Sequence record: OQ848593.1
Source: Pseudomonas phage Pa_WF01
Direction: 5' to 3' (one strand)
Length of the DNA: 64,000 nucleotides
Position numbers and translations under genes: made by a program. This document shows, one piece after another, positions 53,501-59,714 of this stretch. The notes under the pieces were generated by a model, which worked only from the letters and a program-made list of their open reading frames with translations, had not been told where the DNA came from and searched no databases. Within the stretch, counting starts at the first letter, position 1, and each line of letters begins with the position of its first letter.

Positions 53501-54705
53501 AGGATTACGCCAACCGTCCCAGCAGCTACCTGGTAGTAGGCAAGGACAGCACTGATCCGCAACTGCTTGAGTTGTACCAACTGCTGCCGGAGAGCACTAA
53601 ACGTGAGATCCGTAAGACTTGGGGTAGCGACAACATGCAGATCCCTGCTGATCAGCTGAACATGATCATGGGTTACCGCAAGTACAGTCTGACTACTCCG
53701 TTTGGTTTGGCAGAAGACGAACGCAACATTGCCGAGAAGGTACTAGTTCGTGTTGCTGAAGCCATCCTGGGAGAGAAAGCTGCACTTCGCATTGGTCGTG
53801 CTGAGGATGTGATGCAGGAACTGGTCCGTGAAGCCAAGGACATCCTGGTAATCAAGAACATCACCACTCTAGTAGGCAACATTGTGTCGAACATGACTCT
53901 GTTGGCTTGGGAAGGTGTTGGCTTGACTGAGGGTGTACGTGCTCATGCTACCGGCATCAAGGCTGCTCTCCAGTATCGTCAGGACAACAAGAAGCTTATC
54001 CAGCTTCAGCGTGCACTCGACGTTGGTTATCTGCCCTCCGGTGAGCAAGCTGTTCGTGATGAGATCGCTGTGCTGATGGATCGCCTGAGTCGCAACCCGA
54101 TCAAGCCGCTGGTAGATGCTGGACTGATGCCGACCATCGTAGAAGATGTGGAAGCTAATGACTCGCAGTACAGCTACAAGTCTCTGCTCCAGAAGAAGGC
54201 TGAGAAGTACACCAGTAAGCTGCCGAAGTTGGTTCGGGACATTGGTCGTCAGGTCTACATGACTCACGACACTGCTGTGTACAAGTTCCTGAGCCAAACC
54301 ACTCAGCTGAGTGACCTGGTTGCTCGTTACGCTCTGTATGAGCACCTGACTACTCGTGCGAAGGATCCGCTGAGTAAAGCTGATGCACTGCGTCAGGCTG
54401 AAGAATCGTTCATCAACTACGACTTGCCTTCTGGCCGTGGTCTTCAGTTCATGAACGACATGGGTCTGGTGATGTTCACCAAGTACTATCTGCGTGTGCA
54501 GAAGGTGATCGCTCGCTTGATCCGTCAGAAGCCTGCTCGTGCACTGGCTCTGGTTGCTGCCAACTACTTTGTGAGTGGCTTGCAGTCGGTAATGGATAGC
54601 TCTTGGATCAACCGGATTGGGCACAACCCGTTCCAGTCTGGTCCGTGGTCCTGGCCATCCAGCTTGAGCGAACTACCAGGTATCAAAGGTCTGATGAACC
54701 TGTAA
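44509..54705 (+). CDS. virion-encapsidated RNA polymerase (vRNAP), N4 gp50-like
   Basis: Single 3398-aa ORF. A central T7-like RNAP region carries a motif-C-like NIHDAHGVG and a motif-B-like K..MMFGSNTK. A giant single gene of this size is diagnostic of N4-like phages. Confidence 0.9.
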   Translation: MADFDLDQFLSDRQEANAGATPAFDALDFASAGLDMKGSQKAYDLDGIRERKKRNVEESLIGKMGITPGAAGTEILNAAASFVSGTGRALGDVIALPINAAADMGQAGVTNEAIEAYNRYVSGQMQEGDEAILSQTAAGDDGVPQTMLQRMQGVDELRKLSTNVDKFFDWSSIVDTTRRDQLSDDIADATAGGVERLRNAGESFSRGEILDGLVQGALGVGQTAATAIGASATNPLAVGEYTVENAPQMLAYAANPVLGAATNVGYASDEYREGITEYQAENQGQLPDADDRLKMGLAAASLAVAEQVADAGILRGIRGEGGGLIRSTLGSSAREGVTEGYQTWGENVAHLKDTSLEEIVEAATIGAAVGGTMNIGGRAAVGARSGATRAEAALASREAVNAARETGDISALTDVTSESYNPAGAVVVLQEQVMADGVTQEVKDRALEQADTIEQEAAQRVSQLEQEQVLFSEEGLAKVEQAIEQREQAKQGADEATVARLDEELANLSGVREQILNVTPEQRQAQAKELKDAQQVLTATRDAIKRFQVEAAPKAAEVETLVQEAAVQPEASERLVTLTMINPDALSLEQVDALVADTSNTLTTEQRASLRSFSEAQVALNELKGLSGVRTDIETGGDGFKGLSQYRNAVRMALMNGNEEAAAGQVDQLRAFADSRVAKFNAIDAAYQQVKGTDNSIRIVRDEAGNWTEAPESMTARQLKSAGGLEISARSFKLRDAVALEATALSRSAESLGELVKAGPIARPAPVVQEAAPVQEAPVQVAEEVAPVEAPIAQVTEDVPVSEAESIQAEPSTEAETGELTAVREGEAVRGQEVAAENYQTTNLVSAFFQQSPARNDGDTQKPLVAVKDFATKIRTGEGRMAEFAGVKSFTGQQQSAIKQFMKFQRAAKPIIERTLKPYTSKTSDASRYYFRDYAQFLVNADGTLDENLATAIAYGAYDWAIDAANNLVNTDAGINAILGKDSDDEVSPAAYAVLGNVGTRQATAASQLGAKIVDVLGLEVLPNAPVNERARLEASLGEHALALLVKMGVAKITTVSDAKLKSLMDSNEPANPRVKHYFLTPVSERVDGKLVPGAVARQIREANTGSQSILAKLFGSTEGQTEPSFTPVPFTQKNAKRTQQPVPKELAKILDDAGKRPMRLRQDMYQVWGNLSENALATIAGAVDIEGGFVHKANRAGTQAKNDGLVRQIDNFNEFFGRIQEVSDLGLEQPLYFDRSVWKPQRVGLTANMINPQTSKVHRHMLAMEGWENTINLSNKAEMDSFKLRVLESFGVKTEGNNTSKVLAKYDSKVNTPAIQAGVSALAEILRGEAQDTVANESAILAAVAEAGEKFFSLDGLVALAQEKIARDNGAESFTTQLLGEVDGVTNGPMLSLLMSGAKGFDTLNQGGFFSLEDPYTQFNDYKAQGNLDLYEGTIKAVLDRLGNEPLLSSVEVITGVLTNEEGGVSSKGRNVIKKPLTAMMFGSNTKTAVSGMADAFIETIYSKMEDAANAGDQAALSKVISAVNSLIASKNRDKRQLWPTDMGFEQALNTVYSPVQQTAIKAAFYDLLGSKVESALNDTYEVFIARRDTINKTANMAFQMYEAVFQARRDELLASANLPRGNDGQPFADLTRAQIDQIRNELKDMEPILHTAFSKASGDLDSGMLMAKTRRELNDSPLYRSEVHFAEPLEFTDEEGRKQSVKSFRASGMTTVNEGPGVAPFITATHAGDSFISHNALMGEDVLNIHDAHGVGVLGMDAAGQRLNEQTFKLMLNYSAASEMVSTFERTLAGFSKWVQDPQVARQFGKYLESQKTTVSTQLASIRHVAEQADTDKLNMLANMRAVGQYATDGGSYIVTDADRAAAVKAREEIGSTFNPEAETMADAIDAQLKATPREAKPAARKPLRNDSVQSLAPATTLNTMDRTKAEGQLQQDIQQVAQVMKKSNLSLESAKEVLPEDRAAEVVQAVQQNSRAKTSVWGELGQPVIPSDQALVDLLTETNDLTTRGLAEALIARTNDPFRKQVLRAALRSIREDVPVKLVTSTTGPDGAVGEGVSKARGWYATRGNFEALYVKSPEFVESGITEEMLTHELLHVSLGRTIQRELDKKQSNANYDSATWRMVNDLEMIRARASDMLSKNGGLSSKYANAVSNVHELVSWGMTNQGFQEEVLKKLEMPAGKRDAGFTDGLLRFIRNLTALLFRDTKPSDTNAMALVISNTSGLFAEAAAQMAKRSDLTLKYEDAVDQVNAMSSEQIFNALESEKTPLTEAHSNKLKSVLNSIVTELYGPMGAFRNEVARGQALTTTDAVLKALDTGRLPFASQALASAFIISPQEAYVLEQVEATVATTLNSNDGIFIRSSLENLWREAKDRLTAKDFFAGDWDQATQAEKDVAQEKYNFLFRPERVGSRSDYLSRFAALGVASQEVANLLQFTTRSSEKSLAGMPLATRLVEMFRRLLTRLGQLHDKTRPGEVAESRLFTLVDRLVDIEAKRRGRLADQKVGALDQVETALANTGEAIKDNLNRIAESTFFTQSSSPFVRVAGKTISTITNERVGLVLDGITRIRDNAFKSQHGMAMQVVNEMRGAHEGNLAAHTLFKQAKSNEMARKQHIEYTAAMINEGFKDNGQYLSTEDRAALTKGFLRTNMGNLREALGMDRLKEVLLDNGEFANLRKDLEDQLLALPNGQYFLGAVKDLAYHRVIGGNVSPNLMLNSANIADMLGTKRVLQSSKADRAKAIELLDQLQAVYGWEYSGSQVKSRAREVLKTESNRTDGNGVDLILAMHHGLGKRSKDALFQGTERLYTDGYVPDIFDSKIEVLAVDRSDLPYFQKRGYAVAGDVQVDQRAGLESDKVLVTRRGSGQVGLLTGAMSYTGVHARGTKVDRQATNMLSSAPGTAKNAITTIKRNIAQDVSDMFLRDRSYDPRQQKPGRVSPVVNPNGAIVDYRYTMTEHNRDSLLDRDNSMEQVLGTLAGQIVDKVDSAIQNADVVRAMYDQFREDYANRPSSYLVVGKDSTDPQLLELYQLLPESTKREIRKTWGSDNMQIPADQLNMIMGYRKYSLTTPFGLAEDERNIAEKVLVRVAEAILGEKAALRIGRAEDVMQELVREAKDILVIKNITTLVGNIVSNMTLLAWEGVGLTEGVRAHATGIKAALQYRQDNKKLIQLQRALDVGYLPSGEQAVRDEIAVLMDRLSRNPIKPLVDAGLMPTIVEDVEANDSQYSYKSLLQKKAEKYTSKLPKLVRDIGRQVYMTHDTAVYKFLSQTTQLSDLVARYALYEHLTTRAKDPLSKADALRQAEESFINYDLPSGRGLQFMNDMGLVMFTKYYLRVQKVIARLIRQKPARALALVAANYFVSGLQSVMDSSWINRIGHNPFQSGPWSWPSSLSELPGIKGLMNL

Positions 54706-54713
54706 TGAAGAAA

Positions 54714-54733
54714 GGGGGAGCTATTGCTCCCCC
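54714..54733. terminator. GGGGGAGC-TATT-GCTCCCCC hairpin at the convergent junction vRNAP / - strand block
   Basis: 8-bp stem 9 nt after the vRNAP stop. It contains the stop codon of the - strand gene. Confidence 0.5.
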
Positions 54734-54924
54734 TCCTTCTTCCTGCTGAAGCAATACTTCAGCCATTCCCATCCTACCCAGCAGAGGATGAGTAGCACGA
54801 TGAACAGTGCTACTACCACGCCGAGTATTCTGAAGATCCAGCTGAATACGAAGCCAATGAACAGAATGCCAATCACGGCTCCTGCTAGTGCTCCAGCGCC
54901 GAACAATCCTTTCAGGACTCCCAT
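54721..54924 (-). CDS. small membrane protein, possibly holin-like
   Basis: Two TM helices plus a charged C-terminus. TAAGGAGTCCGT precedes the ATG. No endolysin was recognised nearby. Confidence 0.35.
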   Translation of the reverse strand: MGVLKGLFGAGALAGAVIGILFIGFVFSWIFRILGVVVALFIVLLILCWVGWEWLKYCFSRKKEGEQ

Positions 54925-54933
54925 ACGGACTCC

Positions 54934-55251
54934 TTACTTCTTGTCGAGGAAGGCCATACCTTTCTGCACAACTTCTTGTGCCAGGGCAGGATCTTGTACC
55001 GCAGCCGCATAGGACATGAGGTACTGGATGTGGATGTTCTCGCCCTTCTCGCCGAGAGCAGCGCGAGTCATCACACCGTTGGGCAAGCTGGCAGACCAGT
55101 ACAGCGGGATGCTGTGCTCGTTGGCCAGTCGCAGGGCTTCATCCAGGAGAGCCTTCAGGCTCGGCGGGATGTCGGATTCGTAGTTGCTACCACGAAGGCT
55201 GTGCTGTACGCCCTGGCGCTTGGCTTCTACTACCGCATCTACCAAGCTCAT
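54934..55251 (-). CDS. hypothetical protein
   Basis: AAGAAGGCGGCCGA precedes the ATG, and the ATG overlaps the upstream stop (ATGA). Confidence 0.45.
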   Translation of the reverse strand: MSLVDAVVEAKRQGVQHSLRGSNYESDIPPSLKALLDEALRLANEHSIPLYWSASLPNGVMTRAALGEKGENIHIQYLMSYAAAVQDPALAQEVVQKGMAFLDKK

Positions 55252-55484
55252 TCGGCCGCCTTCTTGATCTCGTTGATGTTCTCGTTACCTACCGCACGGA
55301 AAGCGCGGAGGAAGCGGTCGGTTTCCTGCTTCAGGGCAGCGTCGAACATTTCCAGGGTAGCCATACCGTCGTCGGTGGCATTGTCCCGGAGGGTGTTCGT
55401 CAGCTTGTTGCGCATTTCGATGAGGGATAGCACACGGGTGACGTGCATGTTTTTCAGCATGCACGCTTTGCTCAAATCGCCCAT
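55248..55484 (-). CDS. hypothetical protein (78 aa)
   Basis: Start MGDLSKA, preceded by AGAAGGAACTTCACT. Confidence 0.4.
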   Translation of the reverse strand: MGDLSKACMLKNMHVTRVLSLIEMRNKLTNTLRDNATDDGMATLEMFDAALKQETDRFLRAFRAVGNENINEIKKAAE

Positions 55485-55614
55485 AGTGAAGTTCCTTCTG
55501 GTTGGGTGTAAGGGATGGAGTGCTCTGGTCTGGACCCCATTGCGGGGTGGTGGGTGTACCCGTTGCAACGGGCCAGAGCACTCCCTTATGCCTACTGGTT
55601 CAATAGACATAAGA

Positions 55615-55637
55615 AAGCCAGCTGGGGTAGCTGGCTT
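55615..55637. other. hairpin AAGCCAGCT-GGGGT-AGCTGGCTT in a 280-nt gap
   Basis: 9-bp perfect stem. Confidence 0.4.
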
Positions 55638-55784
55638 GGTCTACAGTGGCATCAGTTAAGGGAGGTGGTAAACGGCCCCTTGGATCGAGGGGGGACAAGG
55701 GGGACTTGGTAGTGGTATCCAGGGGCCGATGAGGTGGTAAGAGGTTGTCTCCACTTCATGGTTCTCAACTTACAGGAGGCTGAC

Positions 55785-55940
55785 ATGGCAGTCAACACTA
55801 AAAAGAGTCCGCCTACCCGTAACCATTACGAGAACTTCAGAAAAGGAATGAAGGTAGTGACGTATCAGCGGACAAAAGGGAATGCTCTTTTTACTGTGGA
55901 CTGTGATCCTGCGGAGGCTGTTGGCCTTCACGCATGCTGA
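55785..55940 (+). CDS. possible small antisense-oriented ORF (51 aa)
   Basis: CAGGAGGCTGAC precedes the ATG. Lies in a 280-nt gap between - strand genes. Confidence 0.3.
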   Translation: MAVNTKKSPPTRNHYENFRKGMKVVTYQRTKGNALFTVDCDPAEAVGLHAC

Positions 55941-56295
55941 AGCCAGAGATCCGACCGTTACGGTAGTCTGCTGCTTCCACCGAACCAGTGGGGTACGGGT
56001 TGTCTTTCTCGGAGTTCTCCAAGCCAGCACGCACACCTTCGAGGTATGCAACGGTGGCATCCATTCCGGGACGGAACGGCGGGTTGAACTCTGCTTCGGT
56101 CATGGTTCCCAGGAAGGAGACGCTGAGCATGATCGAGTTGGCACCGATACCGCTACGCTCCTTGATCTGAGCGATGAGGGGTACGGTGAAGTCGTGGCTC
56201 TTGCCCTGCTCGAAAGCATGGATGGCCGACTGAAATACGGTGCCTACGCCTGTGGGTGCAGCGAAGGCCAGGAGGTAGTACGACTTGGCTTTCAT
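55891..56295 (-). CDS. hypothetical protein
   Basis: GGAGTAAACC precedes the ATG. Confidence 0.45.
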   Translation of the reverse strand: MKAKSYYLLAFAAPTGVGTVFQSAIHAFEQGKSHDFTVPLIAQIKERSGIGANSIMLSVSFLGTMTEAEFNPPFRPGMDATVAYLEGVRAGLENSEKDNPYPTGSVEAADYRNGRISGFSMREGQQPPQDHSPQ

Positions 56296-56352
56296 GGTTT
56301 ACTCCGGTAGAGACAGCCCCCTGTTACGGGGGCTATCGGCCTGGAAGAGGTG

Positions 56353-56790
56353 TTAGCTGAAGAGGCTACCACCGGTGCTGGCCGGGGCTGCTTGTTCGGC
56401 TGCCGGCTCTTCTTCCTTGGCTTCCACCTCGGTAGCCGGTTCCGGCTCTTCGGTGGCTACTTCGACCGGCGCTTCTTCGCTTGCCTTGGATTCGGCAACG
56501 GCAGCTGCCAGGCCGGCGGCCGCTTCGGTGTTGACGACTTTCTTCTCGGCCTTCTTCGGCTTCTCGGCCACTTCCGCAACCTGCGGTTCGGTAGCGACCG
56601 GTGCCTTGGTGCCGACCAGGCTGGCTACGGCCAGTTCCGGTACTTCGACGAAGGCCACGATGCCGCCGTCGCCCTTGCGGGTGGTCTGGAAGGAGATGGT
56701 CAGCTGGGAAGCGTCGGCTTTCAGGCCGTTGGCGGTCAGGTAGGTAGCGATGCCAGCGGCGACTTCGGCTTGTTGCAGTTCGATTTTCAT
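56353..56790 (-). CDS. hypothetical protein: structured N-terminus plus long A/E/P/K-rich linker ending in SLFS
   Basis: AAAGGAACCAAG precedes the ATG. Its C-terminal ..GGSLFS matches the tail of the SSB-like protein. Confidence 0.5.
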   Translation of the reverse strand: MKIELQQAEVAAGIATYLTANGLKADASQLTISFQTTRKGDGGIVAFVEVPELAVASLVGTKAPVATEPQVAEVAEKPKKAEKKVVNTEAAAGLAAAVAESKASEEAPVEVATEEPEPATEVEAKEEEPAAEQAAPASTGGSLFS

Positions 56791-56801
56791 CTTGGTTCCT
56801 T

Positions 56802-57362
56802 TTAAGTGAGCATGGCCAGGGCCAGCTTGAAATCATTGTGATGGAAGACCCCATACTCGGCTGCTGCACAGGCATCCGCCATGTGCTCAGCCCGACTGGC
56901 GATCACTTCCCCTTTCGGGGTCATGGGCCAATTGAGATGGGGGTATTTCTTGACTGCCCATTCGATCATGGCCTCCTTCGAAGCGGTCTTCGAATTACAA
57001 GCCATGACCTTCAGGTCAGTTGGAGTGAGCAGGTGGAAGGGCTTGCCGCTTGCTCTCACGGCAGAGAGGATCCCAATGCACATGCCGTAGCTTTTCATGG
57101 CTGCGGCAGACTGGGATCCTACAGGCACTTCCACGAATATTACGTTGGCTTCCTTGATCACCTCCATGACTCTGGTGGTGATCTCGGTAGACCGGTTCAA
57201 GTCATCGCTGTTGACGCGAATCTGCTTGTCCTTGGTCTTGGAAGTCTTGATGACTTCGATATGCCGTAGGCTGAGGGTGTTGGAGGTTGTGTCGTACTGA
57301 CCGCAGGCTAGACCCCAGTTGCTCATGCTGGGGTCCATGCCGACTACGTTCAGTCTTGCCAT
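56802..57362 (-). CDS. RuvC-like Holliday junction resolvase
   Basis: RuvC-like blocks MARLNVVGMDPS.., EVPVGSQSAAAMKSYG and AEHMADACAAAEYG. Confidence 0.65.
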   Translation of the reverse strand: MARLNVVGMDPSMSNWGLACGQYDTTSNTLSLRHIEVIKTSKTKDKQIRVNSDDLNRSTEITTRVMEVIKEANVIFVEVPVGSQSAAAMKSYGMCIGILSAVRASGKPFHLLTPTDLKVMACNSKTASKEAMIEWAVKKYPHLNWPMTPKGEVIASRAEHMADACAAAEYGVFHHNDFKLALAMLT

Positions 57363-57793
57363 TGCTTCAGCCGCTCTTCGAGGATCTCGATGAGGTTACG
57401 CTGAGCAGTCTCCTGCTGTTCCAGGAGGCTGTAGGCGTACTCCGGGATGTCCACGGCAGCATCAGTATGCAGCAGGTTGGACAACCTTTCTTGCCGCTCA
57501 CGAAGCTCCTGGAGTTCCAGTTTCAGCCGTTCCCGTGCACCCATTCTCCGCTTGTGCAGCTTCTGCATGAGTTCGTAGCCGGCGAACTTCCACACCTCGT
57601 CTTCAGCGTTACGACGAGCGATCTCGATTCCGATCTCGGCATCGAATTCATCGGGGTCCACACAGGATGACTGCCCGGTGACCGTCCAGCCGTTGACCAG
57701 GGTAAGCTGGCATACGGTGGTCAGGCCGCTGGGAAGGATCGTGAAAGACTCTTCCACGATCATGTTCTTCACGTCTTGCGGGTTGACTTTCAT
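57350..57793 (-). CDS. hypothetical protein
   Basis: 147-aa ORF. Confidence 0.45.
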   Translation of the reverse strand: MKVNPQDVKNMIVEESFTILPSGLTTVCQLTLVNGWTVTGQSSCVDPDEFDAEIGIEIARRNAEDEVWKFAGYELMQKLHKRRMGARERLKLELQELRERQERLSNLLHTDAAVDIPEYAYSLLEQQETAQRNLIEILEERLKQWQD

Positions 57794-58155
57794 TCGCTAC
57801 CTCCAAGTAGCTCCAGCTGTTTTCTCAGCCGGGTGATCTCTTCCCGTAGCTTCTTGGTTTCCTGGTAGGCAAACCAAGATGTCCCCTTGCTATAGCTTGC
57901 CATGATGGTCTTCACTTCTTCGGGGGTCAGTACGGTGAGCTTGATGTCGGAATTGGGTTCACAGAACATCGAACCGTCATCCCAATCGAAGCCAGGAACC
58001 ACACTTAGCACATCCACAGATGGCCTCGCCCCGACAGTTCCGGGGCGAAGGACAGGGATGCGTAAGGTGTGGTCCAGCAACCGTTCGCGTTGTTGCGGGT
58101 TCGTGCAGTAGCTCAACTGCCGCTTCAACGAATCGAGCAGTTCCCGGACCTTCAT
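57790..58155 (-). CDS. hypothetical protein
   Basis: 121-aa ORF. Confidence 0.45.
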   Translation of the reverse strand: MKVRELLDSLKRQLSYCTNPQQRERLLDHTLRIPVLRPGTVGARPSVDVLSVVPGFDWDDGSMFCEPNSDIKLTVLTPEEVKTIMASYSKGTSWFAYQETKKLREEITRLRKQLELLGGSE

Positions 58156-58158
58156 GGC

Positions 58159-58905
58159 TTAGCTGAACAGGCTTGCGGGCTTACCGCCACCTGCTTGGCC
58201 GCCAGCCGGTGCAGGACGACCGGAGGCTGCGCCGCCACCAGCGACCTTCTTGGACTTGTCGCGGACGGTGCCAGCCTTGGCTTCTTTCCACTTGTCGAAG
58301 AACTCGGGTTCAGCCTTGGCACGGGCTTCGTTCAGGGTCTTCTTGGTGCCGAAGTGGAAGACCGCCGCCACGTCGTTGGATTCGCGGGTTTCCGACGAAT
58401 CTTCGTACTGGCCGGTGGCTTCGTTCTTGACGCGCTTGTTCTCGATGATCTTCTCCAGGGCCAGGTAGATGTCCTTGCCGGTCAGGTCGGTGAGGACCGG
58501 AACCTGCTTGGGTACTTCGGCCTTGGCGTCGAAGTCGTAGATCTTCAGGGTGCGCTGTTCCGGCACACAGGCCGCCAGTTCTTTTTCGGCGGTCATGAGG
58601 CAGATGGCGTTGACGATGTTGAAGCCCGGTAGATAGTGCTTCTCGCCTTCGGCGTTCACGTAGTAGTTGTTCTGGCCTTTTTCCTTGTTGCTGGTCACGT
58701 ACTGCTGAATCTTCAGCTTGCGACCGGTGCCGTGCTCTTCGAACTCGAAGTTCACTGCCAGTGCGCCCCCGGAGGATTCGGAGCCGTAGGCGGCCAGGAT
58801 CTTGAAGGCGTAGATGTCGGTGTCGAAGATGCGGCTGCCGCCACCGATGCTGTCCTTGGCTTCCTTGATGTCGCTGTTGTTGCTGGTGCTGAGGTTACCG
58901 AACAT
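58159..58905 (-). CDS. single-stranded DNA-binding protein (N4 gp45-like, putative)
   Basis: 248 aa with a Gly-rich disordered tail ending in PASLFS. AAAGGAAACAGCACT precedes the ATG. Position next to the AAA_24-like and primase genes matches N4. Confidence 0.5.
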   Translation of the reverse strand: MFGNLSTSNNSDIKEAKDSIGGGSRIFDTDIYAFKILAAYGSESSGGALAVNFEFEEHGTGRKLKIQQYVTSNKEKGQNNYYVNAEGEKHYLPGFNIVNAICLMTAEKELAACVPEQRTLKIYDFDAKAEVPKQVPVLTDLTGKDIYLALEKIIENKRVKNEATGQYEDSSETRESNDVAAVFHFGTKKTLNEARAKAEPEFFDKWKEAKAGTVRDKSKKVAGGGAASGRPAPAGGQAGGGKPASLFS

Positions 58906-58931
58906 AGTGCTGTTTCCTTTCGATGCGTGAA

Positions 58932-59666
58932 TCAGTTGTAGTACCAGTCCAGATGGTCAAGAACCTTCTGGATGTCGTTGTCGATGTAGGTCTGCTCGTG
59001 CGTCCACATACCCATGGGACCACGAATGCGCTCACCGACAGTTTCCTTGGTGATCTGCGTCTGGAAGACGTGCTTGTAGCCAAGCATTTCCTCCTGCGGC
59101 GTGATCTCCAAGAGCTTGTTGTTCTCCTTGAACGGCTCCAGCTTCCCGAGTTCTACCTTCTTGGTGGAGATCACCGTGGAGAAGTAGGACTCAATGCCGT
59201 TGTTCTTCAAGGCGCCCTTGACCGGAACGCACACGTCCATGGCCATGGTTGCCTTGTTGTACTCTTCCTTGGTGTGAGCCAGGAAGATCACCTTGCAGGG
59301 ACTGCTGGCAACCTTCTGTTGCATCAGATCCTTGAAGAACTGCTGGAAATCCATCCACGCAGCTTGCCCGTTGGCAGCCCGGTAGATGTACTGGGACTCG
59401 TACATGTCCAGCAGGTAGGTGAGGGTGTCGATGATGATGGTGTGGGCTTCTACCTTTCCCTCCACCACTGCATCGAAGACAGTGGGGATCTGGTAGGGAT
59501 CGGTCACCGTCCGCTCGATGAAGCGAGACTTGAACGGCAGCCGCTTACCGGCTTCGCAGTTCAGGTAGATGACCTTCTCCGGCTCCCGGAGATTCCGCAG
59601 ACAAGCAGACTTGCCAGTAGCGGACAGACCGGAAACCAAGACCAGATGGTCGTTCACTTGCGTCAT
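58932..59666 (-). CDS. AAA_24/Sak4-like P-loop ATPase
   Basis: Walker A GLSATGKS and Walker B IIIDTL. Start at MTQVND, preceded by GGAGTCAATC; the ORF-track start lies 12 nt upstream. Confidence 0.55.
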   Translation of the reverse strand: MTQVNDHLVLVSGLSATGKSACLRNLREPEKVIYLNCEAGKRLPFKSRFIERTVTDPYQIPTVFDAVVEGKVEAHTIIIDTLTYLLDMYESQYIYRAANGQAAWMDFQQFFKDLMQQKVASSPCKVIFLAHTKEEYNKATMAMDVCVPVKGALKNNGIESYFSTVISTKKVELGKLEPFKENNKLLEITPQEEMLGYKHVFQTQITKETVGERIRGPMGMWTHEQTYIDNDIQKVLDHLDWYYN

Positions 59667-59714
59667 GATTGACTCCATGTTGGAAGCGAAAGGGTGCCGG
59701 AGGCACCCCTAAGC

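Noticed and set aside
44488-53580. Four long - strand ORFs of 378 to 994 aa (44488..46662, 46690..49152, 49348..50484, 50596..53580)
   Set aside because: All are antisense to the single vRNAP ORF and are typical high-GC shadow frames.
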